This document shows, in pieces, positions 30,857 to 38,381 of a stretch of DNA of 38,381 nt. The stretch spans positions 1 to 38,381 of the forward strand of contig JBGSYU010000713.1 in assembly GCA_041750715.1 (NCBI GenBank), read 5' to 3'. Source of the stretch: Lacipirellula sp. GTDB lineage: Bacteria > Planctomycetota > Planctomycetia > Pirellulales > Lacipirellulaceae. A program made the translations under genes and the position numbers. Numbering within the stretch: position 1 is the first letter of the stretch; each line of letters starts with the position of its first letter. Under the pieces are notes generated by a model, which ran no database searches, was not told where the DNA came from, and worked only from the letters and a program-made list of their open reading frames with translations.

Positions 30857-31501
30857 CTACTTAATTTCCCGCAACATCCGGTCGAGCTCGGCGACAGCAA
30901 GCTGCACGTTCTTTTGCTCGGTCTGCCACTTCATGATTTCGGCCGAGTTCATTTCGCCCAGGGCTTCGTCGACGCGCTCGCGTTGCGCCTTGAGGCTCTC
31001 GATCTGATCTTCGGTCGCTTGTTCGGCGGCGCCGTCTCGATTGTCTTCGCGATTCTCAAGCTGCTCGATCTTCTGATCGGCCGACGCGAGCGACTGCTCC
31101 GTTTGCTGCGCAAACGCGTTGCGGGCTTGAGTCTGCTTCAGTTTGGCCTCGGTCGTCTGCAACTCTTGCTGAGCGTCGGCGACGTCGGCTTGCTCGTCTT
31201 GAATGTCGGCGTTCGCATCGGTGCGAACTTCAGCGAGATCCCGTTGCTCTTCCCTCACGCCTGCGGAGGCGACGTCGCCGTCTAACACCGGCTTGTTGGC
31301 TTCGCGGCGGGCAGCGTCGAGATCGTCCCGCTCCGCCGCCATGTCGACGTCGGCGTCGGCTCTCGCGTCGGCGACGTCTTGCTGTTCTTCCTGCACGTCC
31401 GCCCGGGCGTCGGCGACGTCTTCCCGCGTCGTGCCTTCTTGGCAGCCTGCAACGAGCAGCGCCAACGATGCGAAACAGGGATAGTAAAGCCTGGCGATCA
31501 T
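30857..31501 (-). CDS. Acidic coiled-coil lipoprotein
   Basis: Lipobox LVAGC; repeated DVADAR/DVADAQ helical motifs, rich in D/E/Q/A. Confidence 0.75.
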   Translation of the reverse strand: MIARLYYPCFASLALLVAGCQEGTTREDVADARADVQEEQQDVADARADADVDMAAERDDLDAARREANKPVLDGDVASAGVREEQRDLAEVRTDANADIQDEQADVADAQQELQTTEAKLKQTQARNAFAQQTEQSLASADQKIEQLENREDNRDGAAEQATEDQIESLKAQRERVDEALGEMNSAEIMKWQTEQKNVQLAVAELDRMLREIK

Positions 31502-31569
31502 AGTAGGGTTCCCTTCTAAAACGTGAACTGGAGGTCTGGTTACGATTCGTCGAGCTCAAATCGTTGGGC

Positions 31570-31707
31570 TTAAAAGTCGCAACCGTTAATGAACAGGGCG
31601 ATCAGAATGATGGGTATCGGCAAGCCCAGGAGCCATGCGAAAATTCCGTACTTGATTTTGCCGCTCCTGTCCGGCGCTATTGTCGCACTTTTTAATCTTC
31701 GTTTCAT
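31570..31707 (-). CDS. 45 aa single-TM small protein (not in ORF track)
   Basis: MKRRLKSATIAPDRSGKIKYGIFAWLLGLPIPIILIALFINGCDF; GGAG RBS 9 nt upstream; near-consensus sigma54 motif ~81 nt upstream. Confidence 0.7.
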   Translation of the reverse strand: MKRRLKSATIAPDRSGKIKYGIFAWLLGLPIPIILIALFINGCDF

Positions 31708-31787
31708 GTCATGATTCTCCGAGGCATTGCGTCACTGTGCATCGAACGTCGCGTTCGCCGTTCTAGCACGCTTGGGTAGATCGATAT

Positions 31788-31802
31788 GCAATTGACGTGC
31801 CA
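31788..31802 (-). promoter_or_regulatory. Putative sigma54 promoter (consensus match)
   Basis: Minus strand reads TGGCACGTCAATTGC, close to TGGCACG-N4-TTGC. Confidence 0.8.
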
Positions 31803-31919
31803 ATAGAAAATTGCCTGTTCCTGCGAGTAATCGAGCGGCTTGAGGCGGGAGGTGAGTGTTCGTCGAGGGTCCAGCGCGATGCGGCGATGATCCGTCTGGA
31901 TCGGCGTTGATAGCTGGAA

Positions 31920-31934
31920 CGGTACGGTGTTTGC
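31920..31934 (+). promoter_or_regulatory. Putative sigma54 promoter for the HPt gene
   Basis: CGGTACGGTGTTTGC, ~99 nt before ATG 32033. Confidence 0.6.
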
Positions 31935-32032
31935 CCCATTACTCGGATAACAATCGCGAGTCGCATCAACGCCGGCGAGGCCTCTGGCTAAAATCAACTC
32001 GGTACGAGCGCTCGCGTTACCGGTGGTCACCC

Positions 32033-32437
32033 ATGAAGAGCACTATTCAATCGCAAAACAACGGACCGCAAGGTCGTAACGACGTACCGCAGGGGTACGC
32101 GGCGATGGACGTCGATGACGCGCTTCGTCGACTCGGCGAGGATACGCAGCTTTTGCGAGATATCATTCAGATCTATCTGGAAGACTCGCCCAGCATGGTC
32201 GAAAGGATTCATTCCGCGGTTGCGACGGCGGATGCATTGGGCCTGCAGCACGCAGCTCATCAACTCAAGGGCATTGCCGCCACGCTGAGCGCGCCCGACG
32301 TCGTCGGCGTGGCTTCGCGCTTGGAGCACATGGGCGCATCGCGCGATCTTTCAGATGCCGCCAAAGCGCTCGTTGAGGTCGATCGGCGCGTCTCTTCGCT
32401 GAATCAGGCGGTGCAGAAGTTCTTGCGGCGAAAGTAG
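32033..32437 (+). CDS. Stand-alone HPt (histidine phosphotransfer) protein
   Basis: DVDDALRRLGEDTQLLRDIIQIYLED...AAHQLKGIAATLSA...LE: HPt HxLKG motif. Confidence 0.9.
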   Translation: MKSTIQSQNNGPQGRNDVPQGYAAMDVDDALRRLGEDTQLLRDIIQIYLEDSPSMVERIHSAVATADALGLQHAAHQLKGIAATLSAPDVVGVASRLEHMGASRDLSDAAKALVEVDRRVSSLNQAVQKFLRRK

Positions 32438-32518
32438 ATCGCACGGCGGCCTTTTTCCGCCGCGAACCTCAATCCGGCCGCCGCCGGAAGTGATACCGTT
32501 TGCCGAGGTACGGTTCGT

Positions 32519-32570
32519 GTCATTCTGAGGTACTCCGAAGAATCTGGCCAGACCCTTCGGATTACCTCAG
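32519..32570. repeat. GTCATTCTGAG-family palindrome (copy 2, right end degenerate)
   Basis: GTCATTCTGAGGTACTCCGAAGAATCTGGCCAGACCCTTCGGATTACCTCAG, nearly identical to 25885-25936. Confidence 0.85.
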
Positions 32571-32712
32571 GTCGCCACGGCGACTCGCTGCGGCGGGGTG
32601 ACGGGGAGAATGGTATCACTACCCCGCCCGCCGCGCGGCTAGTATCTTGCAGGGGGGCGAAATATACTGAACGTTGGCCGCTTGCCTTCCACGGTAAAAA
32701 AGGTCGCGAACA

Positions 32713-34041
32713 ATGGCAGCACGTCAACGAATCTGGTCGGAGGTCGCCATCGGGCCATGCCTGACCGCCGCTTGCGGATTGTTCTTCTCTCTTGGATGTG
32801 GCGCCGGCGGCGACGACGTAGGCGTTGCGAAGCTCTCCGGCGCTGCGACGAACCCGCCGCTGGCGCGACGAGCGGCCGTCGACGCGCCGGCTGAAATCGC
32901 GGCAGGAAAGCAAGCGCTCGCGGAAGATAACTACCAGGAAGCGGTCGACCGCTTCACGAACGTCATCGTGGCAAGCGAAAAGTCCGTGGCGGCGCGACCC
33001 GATACGACGGGCGCCCAGGCGTACCTCGACCGCGGCATAGCGTTCCTCGAAATGGGCTTCCCCGACACTGCGGCGCAAGATTTCTCGGCGGCGATCGATC
33101 TCACGCCGCTCGACGGCGCCGCTTACGAACTTCGTGCCCGGGCGTATGTCGAACTGGGCGACGCTTACAAGGCGCTCCGCGATGCGACCCGCGCGATTCG
33201 ATTGCGGCCCCAGAGCGCTGGGGCGTACCAGGTTCGCGGCGTCGTTTATCTCGGCCGCGGCCAGTTTGAGCGTGCCGTCGCCGATTTGCAGCAGGCCATT
33301 GTCCAGGATGCGGAGTTTGCGGACGAAGTCCGCCCGCGATTGGCCGAGGCCTACGTTGGCTGGAGCAGGGAATTTGAGGAGGCCGGCGACCAGGTGGCGG
33401 CGGCGGAACGGCTGGCCCTGGCCCGCGATCTGGATCCCGCTTCCGTGGACGTTCAGATCGTAAACGTGCTGGCGGAACCCACGCCGGTCGAGCAAGCCGT
33501 CGCGAAGCCCGTCATCGACGCGGCGGATGAGAATTACAGTCTCGGGCGCGAGCGACAGGCGGCGCAGCAGTACGACCAGGCGCTCATTGAGTTTACCGAA
33601 GCAATCTCGCTGCGCTCCGATTTCCACCAGGCGTATCTGCGCCGCGGCGAAACGCTGCTGGCGCTTGGCTTCCCCGACACGGCCCTCGAAGATCTAAAGC
33701 GGGCCGCCCCCCGTGGCGCCGACTCGGCCGAGGCCTATCGGCTCCAGGCCGAAGCGCACATGGCGCTGGAAAGCCCACACCGCGCTGCGCTGTCCGCGAC
33801 CGATGCGCTCCATGCGGACCCCACGGACGCCAAAACTTACGCTCTCCGCGGCGACGCCTACTTGCAATTGGAGAATTGGGACCGGGCCGTCGCCGACTTC
33901 AACGAAGCTGCGCGACGGGCTCCGGCGCTTCGCAAGTCGGTGGAGCCCAAGATCGCGGTGGCCCGCCGAGGACAGGCTAAAGCCCGCGAAGCCGGGCTCG
34001 AAGCTTCCACGGAAGTGGCCGGCGCCGACGATCCGAGCTAA
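32713..34041 (+). CDS. TPR-repeat protein, possibly a lipoprotein
   Basis: Repeated AY..RG..Y/F..LG....A..D TPR units; FSLGC possible lipobox; two internally similar halves (GFPDTA twice). Confidence 0.85.
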   Translation: MAARQRIWSEVAIGPCLTAACGLFFSLGCGAGGDDVGVAKLSGAATNPPLARRAAVDAPAEIAAGKQALAEDNYQEAVDRFTNVIVASEKSVAARPDTTGAQAYLDRGIAFLEMGFPDTAAQDFSAAIDLTPLDGAAYELRARAYVELGDAYKALRDATRAIRLRPQSAGAYQVRGVVYLGRGQFERAVADLQQAIVQDAEFADEVRPRLAEAYVGWSREFEEAGDQVAAAERLALARDLDPASVDVQIVNVLAEPTPVEQAVAKPVIDAADENYSLGRERQAAQQYDQALIEFTEAISLRSDFHQAYLRRGETLLALGFPDTALEDLKRAAPRGADSAEAYRLQAEAHMALESPHRAALSATDALHADPTDAKTYALRGDAYLQLENWDRAVADFNEAARRAPALRKSVEPKIAVARRGQAKAREAGLEASTEVAGADDPS

Positions 34042-34058
34042 CTCCTTCGCACGGTTCG

Positions 34059-35066
34059 TCAGAAGACGATCGCGATCTTACCGAAGTGGCTGCCGGTTTC
34101 CATATAACGCAGGGCCTCGGGCGCTTCGTCGAACGGGAATGTGCGGTCGACGATCGGTTGCAGGCGATTGGCCGTTATCGCGGCGTTCATGTCCTCGAAC
34201 ATTTGCCGCGAGCCGGTGAAGATGCCTTGCAGGCCGACGCGTTTCATGAGCAGGCTGACGGGATTGAAGCCCGCACCGGTGGCGAGCACGCCGATCAGCG
34301 TGATGCGGCCATCGATCCGCGTCGCGGCGACACTCTTGGCCAGCGTGCCGGCGCCGCCGACTTCGACGACGTAATCGACGCCCACCCCGCCGGTGAGCCG
34401 GAGGACTTCCTGTTCCCACTCGGGGTGCGTGGTGTAGTTGATCGTTTCGTCGGCGCCGAGTTCCCGGGCACGGGCGAGCTTCGCGTCGCTGCTGGAGGTG
34501 GCGATCACCCGGGCGCCGTGCATCTTTGCGAATTGCAAGGCGAAGATGCTAACGCCGCCCGTGCCGAGGGTGAGCACCGTTTCACCGGACCGCAGTTGGC
34601 TGTACTCGACCAGCGCGTGCCAGGCCGTAACCGCGGCGCAGGGCAGGGTGGCGGCTTCCTCGTATGTGAGATGATCGGGGATGCGGACGAGGCTCTGCTC
34701 GTCGAACGCGCCCAATTCCCGGAGTACGCCGTCCCGATCACCGGCGCCGAGCGTGCTGCGGGCCTTTTCGGCGTTAAAGCGACCTTCGATCCAGCCTTGC
34801 GTGAAGATGGGGCAGACGCGGTCGCCCAGCTTCCAGCGTGAGACCCCTGCGCCCAGCGCCACCACCTCGCCGGCGCCGTCGGAGAGCGGCACGACCGGCA
34901 GGCGAGCCTTCGGGTTGTAGGCGCCGCGGGCGAACATCAGGTCGCGGTAATTGAGCGACGCAGCGTGGAACTTCACGACCACCTCGTGCGACCCCGGCTG
35001 CGGCGCGGGGCGCTCGACGCGAACGAGGTTCTCGATGCCGAAGCTGGGGAATTCGTAGGCTCTCAT
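34059..35066 (-). CDS. NAD(P)-dependent MDR-family alcohol dehydrogenase/quinone reductase-like protein
   Basis: SLNYRD, PLSDGAGEV, AATLPCAAVTAW, LGTGGVS, VEVGG, HFGKIAI. Confidence 0.92.
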   Translation of the reverse strand: MRAYEFPSFGIENLVRVERPAPQPGSHEVVVKFHAASLNYRDLMFARGAYNPKARLPVVPLSDGAGEVVALGAGVSRWKLGDRVCPIFTQGWIEGRFNAEKARSTLGAGDRDGVLRELGAFDEQSLVRIPDHLTYEEAATLPCAAVTAWHALVEYSQLRSGETVLTLGTGGVSIFALQFAKMHGARVIATSSSDAKLARARELGADETINYTTHPEWEQEVLRLTGGVGVDYVVEVGGAGTLAKSVAATRIDGRITLIGVLATGAGFNPVSLLMKRVGLQGIFTGSRQMFEDMNAAITANRLQPIVDRTFPFDEAPEALRYMETGSHFGKIAIVF

Positions 35067-35143
35067 GGCGGGACCTGGGGCTGGCTAGCAGGTGGGCGGT
35101 TCGGAGGGGACGCGACCCTAATGATAGAGTATTGCACATGGCG

Positions 35144-35305
35144 GGTGGCCGAGGTTGGCGTACTCGCCTACCTGGGTCGCTACGGCGACAAGAGGCGCCA
35201 ATTGCGATTGAACGTCGCACCGCGGCGCACCCGGAACTGCCTTCTAGCGGAGGACCTCTTGCGGCTGCGCCGCACGGGTAGGCGAGTATGCCAACCCGTG
35301 CCACC
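35144..35305. repeat. GTGG-type REP doublet (REPIN-like)
   Basis: GGTGGCCGAGGTTGGCGTACTCGCCTACC (35144-35172) is the inverted copy of GGTAGGCGAGTATGCCAACCCGTGCCACC (35277-35305). The right arm itself folds (CACGGGT...ACCCGTG). Confidence 0.7.
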
Positions 35306-35416
35306 GCGGAGGTTCAGAGAACCTGGGCCACCGGCGCACTGGTTTTCATTTTGCCGGCAGGATAGGATCAGCGCATGGAAGCGCGGTGAGAATTATTGTC
35401 CTGGGCGATTCTCCTT

Positions 35417-37297
35417 ATGTCACAACGCCTCCATTGCCGTCCATCCATCCGCATGGTTTCCCTCGCGTGGGTCGGCGCCCTCGTTGGTTCGCACACTTTT
35501 CCGGCGAGTGCGGACGATCACGACCACGATCGGCTCGCGGTCGGCGTCGCCCAGCACGCGTTCGATCATCTCGGAAACATCGACGAACAAGCGGAAGCCG
35601 CCGCGGCGATCGGCGCGAACGTTATTTACGGGACGGGATGCGGACAAGTCGGCTACAACGGTCTGCCGCCGGAGGAGCAGCTTGCCTCGATCCAGCAGGA
35701 TGCCGCCGCCTACAACGAGAAGGCCCATACTGAGGGCATTCGCATCATCCTCGGCTACATGTGCGCGACTTCGATCGTGAATTTAGACGCCTTCGATAAG
35801 AACTGGAGCGACGAGTTTCGCGGCAAGTTCAAGACGCCGCCCCCCCAGTGGCGGCAGCAGGACGCCGCCGGCAAGCCGCTGCCGTCGTGGTACGGCGGGC
35901 AATACAGCCCTGCCTGCATGAACAACCCCGACTGGCGCGAGTACGAAACATTCATCGTTCGCCAGCAGCTCGACAGCGGCCACGACGGCGTCTTTTTCGA
36001 CAACCCGACGGTGCATCCGCAGGGCTGCTACTGCCCGCACTGCATGAAAAAGTTCGCGGTATTGCTCGGGGAAGAAGGCGTCGTGAATGCAGAGGCGTCG
36101 GTCGATGAAGCCCGGCAGCTAGCCGTCAAACACCCGGAGCACTTCCTCCGCCTGCGAGCGACGACCGCTCGCGATTTCCTCCAATTCATTCGCGACTACG
36201 CACGCAGCATTCGGCCCGATGTGCTGGTCACCTGCAACAACAGCCTCAACACGCCCGACGTGCTGTTCGCCCAGTGTCATACTCACGGCTACAACATCTA
36301 CGAAATGAGCAAGGCCGAGGATCTCGTGGTGGTCGAGGACATGGCGACGCAGCCGCGCCTGCTGCCGGGGGGGCGGACGCTCGAATACGGATCGACGCTG
36401 GCCCAGCTTCAGGCCATCAGCCGCGGCAAGCCCTTGGTCTCGAACGTCCTGGCCGAGGCGGACAATCACACGCCGCCGAACCTAGTGCGACTGGCGATGG
36501 CCGAGGCCGTGGCCCACGGCGCCTCCTACCTGTCGTGGCCCACCTGGCCCGAAGACCAGCGCGAGCGGATGATCCGCGAAATCCGTCCGCAGGCCGAAAT
36601 GCTGCGCAAACACGCTTCGCTCTTGAACGACGCGCAACCTCGCCGCGACGTGATTCTGTTCCTGCCGTTCCGCAAATGGACTGAAGGCAAGCGGTGCGTT
36701 CCGTCGGAGCTCGCGGCTCGGCTCACGGCATCCAACGTGCAGTACGGCGTCGTTTCTGAGGACGATCTCGTCGTTGCGGTCACGCCGAAAGCCTCCGACA
36801 AGCCCGCCGGCCCCATCCGCACCGCAGCGGGCGCCCCGGCGCGGCAAGTGTTTCTGGTCGAATCCCGCTCGGTGTTACTGCCCGCCGAGGAGGCCGCCCT
36901 TAAGGAGTTCGAGAACTCGAGCGGCTTGGTGGTCGCCGCCGACGAGGGCGATTGGATGAAAAGCGTTCAGTCCGCGTTGAGTCCGTCACTGGAGCTACAG
37001 GCCCCACCGACCGTTCGCGCGGTCATTCGGGATCAATCCCATCGTACGATCGTCCACGTTTACAACCTGGCCGTCGAGCGGTTGTCGTCATTTGAGGATA
37101 AAGTCCATCCCGCTAACGACGTCACGCTGCGCGTGCGCGTTCCATTCGACGAGGTCAAGTCGGTGAAAGCGATCAGCGCCGATTCTCAGGCAACGGCGGG
37201 CGACGTGCCGTTCACGATCCTGCCCGAGGGTAGCCGCTCGAAAATTGAGATAAACCTTCCTGCGGTACTCATTTCGACCTTGCTAGTAATCGAATAA
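35417..37297 (+). CDS. Secreted glycoside-hydrolase-like protein (GH42/GHL-type TIM barrel + GATase-like + beta-sandwich)
   Basis: Signal-like N-terminus; WRQQDAAG, ACMNNPDW, DGVFFDN, CYCPHC motifs typical of GH42-like barrels. Family not resolvable by eye. Confidence 0.6.
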   Translation: MSQRLHCRPSIRMVSLAWVGALVGSHTFPASADDHDHDRLAVGVAQHAFDHLGNIDEQAEAAAAIGANVIYGTGCGQVGYNGLPPEEQLASIQQDAAAYNEKAHTEGIRIILGYMCATSIVNLDAFDKNWSDEFRGKFKTPPPQWRQQDAAGKPLPSWYGGQYSPACMNNPDWREYETFIVRQQLDSGHDGVFFDNPTVHPQGCYCPHCMKKFAVLLGEEGVVNAEASVDEARQLAVKHPEHFLRLRATTARDFLQFIRDYARSIRPDVLVTCNNSLNTPDVLFAQCHTHGYNIYEMSKAEDLVVVEDMATQPRLLPGGRTLEYGSTLAQLQAISRGKPLVSNVLAEADNHTPPNLVRLAMAEAVAHGASYLSWPTWPEDQRERMIREIRPQAEMLRKHASLLNDAQPRRDVILFLPFRKWTEGKRCVPSELAARLTASNVQYGVVSEDDLVVAVTPKASDKPAGPIRTAAGAPARQVFLVESRSVLLPAEEAALKEFENSSGLVVAADEGDWMKSVQSALSPSLELQAPPTVRAVIRDQSHRTIVHVYNLAVERLSSFEDKVHPANDVTLRVRVPFDEVKSVKAISADSQATAGDVPFTILPEGSRSKIEINLPAVLISTLLVIE

Positions 37298-37365
37298 ATC
37301 GCAGGAGTCCTGCAAAGATCGTCTAGGTCAAGAAATCACGCAGAGACGCAAGAGACGCAGAGGGG

Positions 37366-37583
37366 AAGGGTACGGTCAACGTCGCCGGGCACGACCCCGA
37401 CACGGGCGAATTGACGCCGCTCTTTCATCCCCGGCACCACTCGTGGAGGCGCACTTCGCGTGGGACGGCCCCTTCGTGCGGGGACTCACTGCCGTCTCCC
37501 GCACGACGACGGACGTTCTGCGCATGAACCTTTCCGAACGCATGGAACATCGCCGTTTGCCGACGGAATTGGGCGTGTTCGCG
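37366..37583 (+). pseudogene. Relic: C-terminal half of an HNH-endonuclease-family gene with a 1 bp frameshift
   Basis: KGTVNVAGHDPDTGELTPLFHPRHHSW / (frameshift ~37446) EAHFAWDGPFVRGLTAVSRTTTDVLRMN..ERMEHRR..ELGVF resembles the LFHPR..W..HF.W....GLT..GR.T...L.MN tail of small HNH proteins. No start codon or HNH core. Confidence 0.65.
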
Positions 37584-37700
37584 GCGCCGCAAAAGGCACA
37601 AGCCCGCCAGCGCTCCGAGCAGCAGCGAACTTGGCTCCGGAACGGCGACGCGGTTGGAGACGAAGACGCCGGAGGCGCCGCCGGTGAAAGTGACGTTGCC
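37581..37700 (-). pseudogene. Relic: C-terminus of a PEP-CTERM surface protein
   Basis: Minus strand reads GNVTFTGGASGVFVSNRVAVPEPSSLLLGALAGLCLLRRR; an in-frame TAG lies upstream and there is no start codon. Confidence 0.7.
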
Positions 37701-37772
37701 AACTATTCCTAGCCCCCTTTCCGTTCCCGCGGCTACAAGCGGTGCGTTGGCCCGCTAGCTGAGCAGCGATCT

Positions 37773-38381
37773 TTAGTTCCCCATGCGGCGTTTTACTTTT
37801 GGCGATTGGAAGTCTTTGGTCCAAGCTGGCCTTGGGGGCTCTTGTTCCATAAGCAGCATTTGCTGCCAATCTTGGTTGGTGAGCCGCCCGGCTGACGGTT
37901 GGTGAAACTCGAAGTAGGAGTACGCGGGACCGACGTAGATCATGCGATCATCTTCGTTATTGATCGCCGCGACCAAATAGGTGCAATTGCCGACGCCCTG
38001 TTCGAGGACCATGCCGTTGGTGGGATCGGTGTGAACATCGACGACCAGCGCGCCCCAGTCGGCGCACGCGCGCGGGCCGCCGTAGAAAAGCTCGCAGTAC
38101 CAGCCGGTATATCTCGGCAAGCCGCTGCCGCCGCCTCGGCCGTCGATCACGCGCTTCAGCCACTGCTGGTCTTCGTCGGTGAACGGCTCGGCGGCCAGTT
38201 CTTTGCGGGCAAGCGTTTCCAGCCGGCCGAGGGTGACGGCCATTTGTTTGAGGAATTCGACCTGCTTCCGCTTGATCTCAGAGTGATCGCGGCTGGCCAG
38301 CGTAAAGTCGGCGGTTTCGATCAGCCGCGCCGCCTCAGTGGCGAAGTACTTGATGCGGGCATAAGTCTCGGGATACGGCTC
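37773..38381 (-). CDS. DUF3160 domain protein, C-terminal part (gene starts beyond window)
   Basis: EPYPE, ARKEL, LVVDVHTDP, VLEQGVG, GPAYSYFEF, RLTNQDW, RPAWT motifs; frame open to the window end. Confidence 0.8.
   Translation of the reverse strand, partial: EPYPETYARIKYFATEAARLIETADFTLASRDHSEIKRKQVEFLKQMAVTLGRLETLARKELAAEPFTDEDQQWLKRVIDGRGGGSGLPRYTGWYCELFYGGPRACADWGALVVDVHTDPTNGMVLEQGVGNCTYLVAAINNEDDRMIYVGPAYSYFEFHQPSAGRLTNQDWQQMLLMEQEPPRPAWTKDFQSPKVKRRMGN

Noticed and set aside
37443-37712. ORF-track 89 aa protein as an intact gene
   Set aside because: It is the frameshifted second part of the HNH relic running into the antisense of the PEP-CTERM relic.

Overview
GC-rich bacterial DNA whose gene content (DUF1549/DUF1553 cytochrome + DUF1501 pair, two sulfatases, Tat-exported Gfo/Idh/MocA, PEP-CTERM relic) points to Planctomycetota, probably Pirellulales. 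From left to right: the end of a copper-efflux locus (CusA-type RND, YHS-like lipoprotein, CopA split by one in-frame TAA); a Zn-ribbon/PilZ gene; a doubly frameshifted yihY; beta-carbonic anhydrase + SulP with a large insert; DUF1553/DUF1501; a sulfatase/oxidoreductase/aldolase-like cluster; then a ~13 kb block (19.8-32.5 kb) of small general-stress-type genes (DUF4142, CsbD, DUF883-like, YqjE-like, BON, lipoproteins) built around a 5-PAS hybrid kinase, an NtrC-family sigma54 activator and a stand-alone HPt; finally TPR, MDR dehydrogenase, a GH-like protein, two gene relics and a partial DUF3160 gene. The strongest signal is eight sigma54 -24/-12 motifs (GG-N10-GC), six in three divergent pairs, each oriented towards a stress-type, small or phosphorelay gene, plus a candidate GGTY-N7-RACC enhancer. 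Together these suggest a phosphorelay/sigma54-driven general stress regulon. At least five unrelated REP-like palindrome families and several short tandem duplications occupy intergenic gaps. No rRNA, tRNA, CRISPR array or intact transposase was seen. Family calls come from motif recognition by eye, not from database searches.
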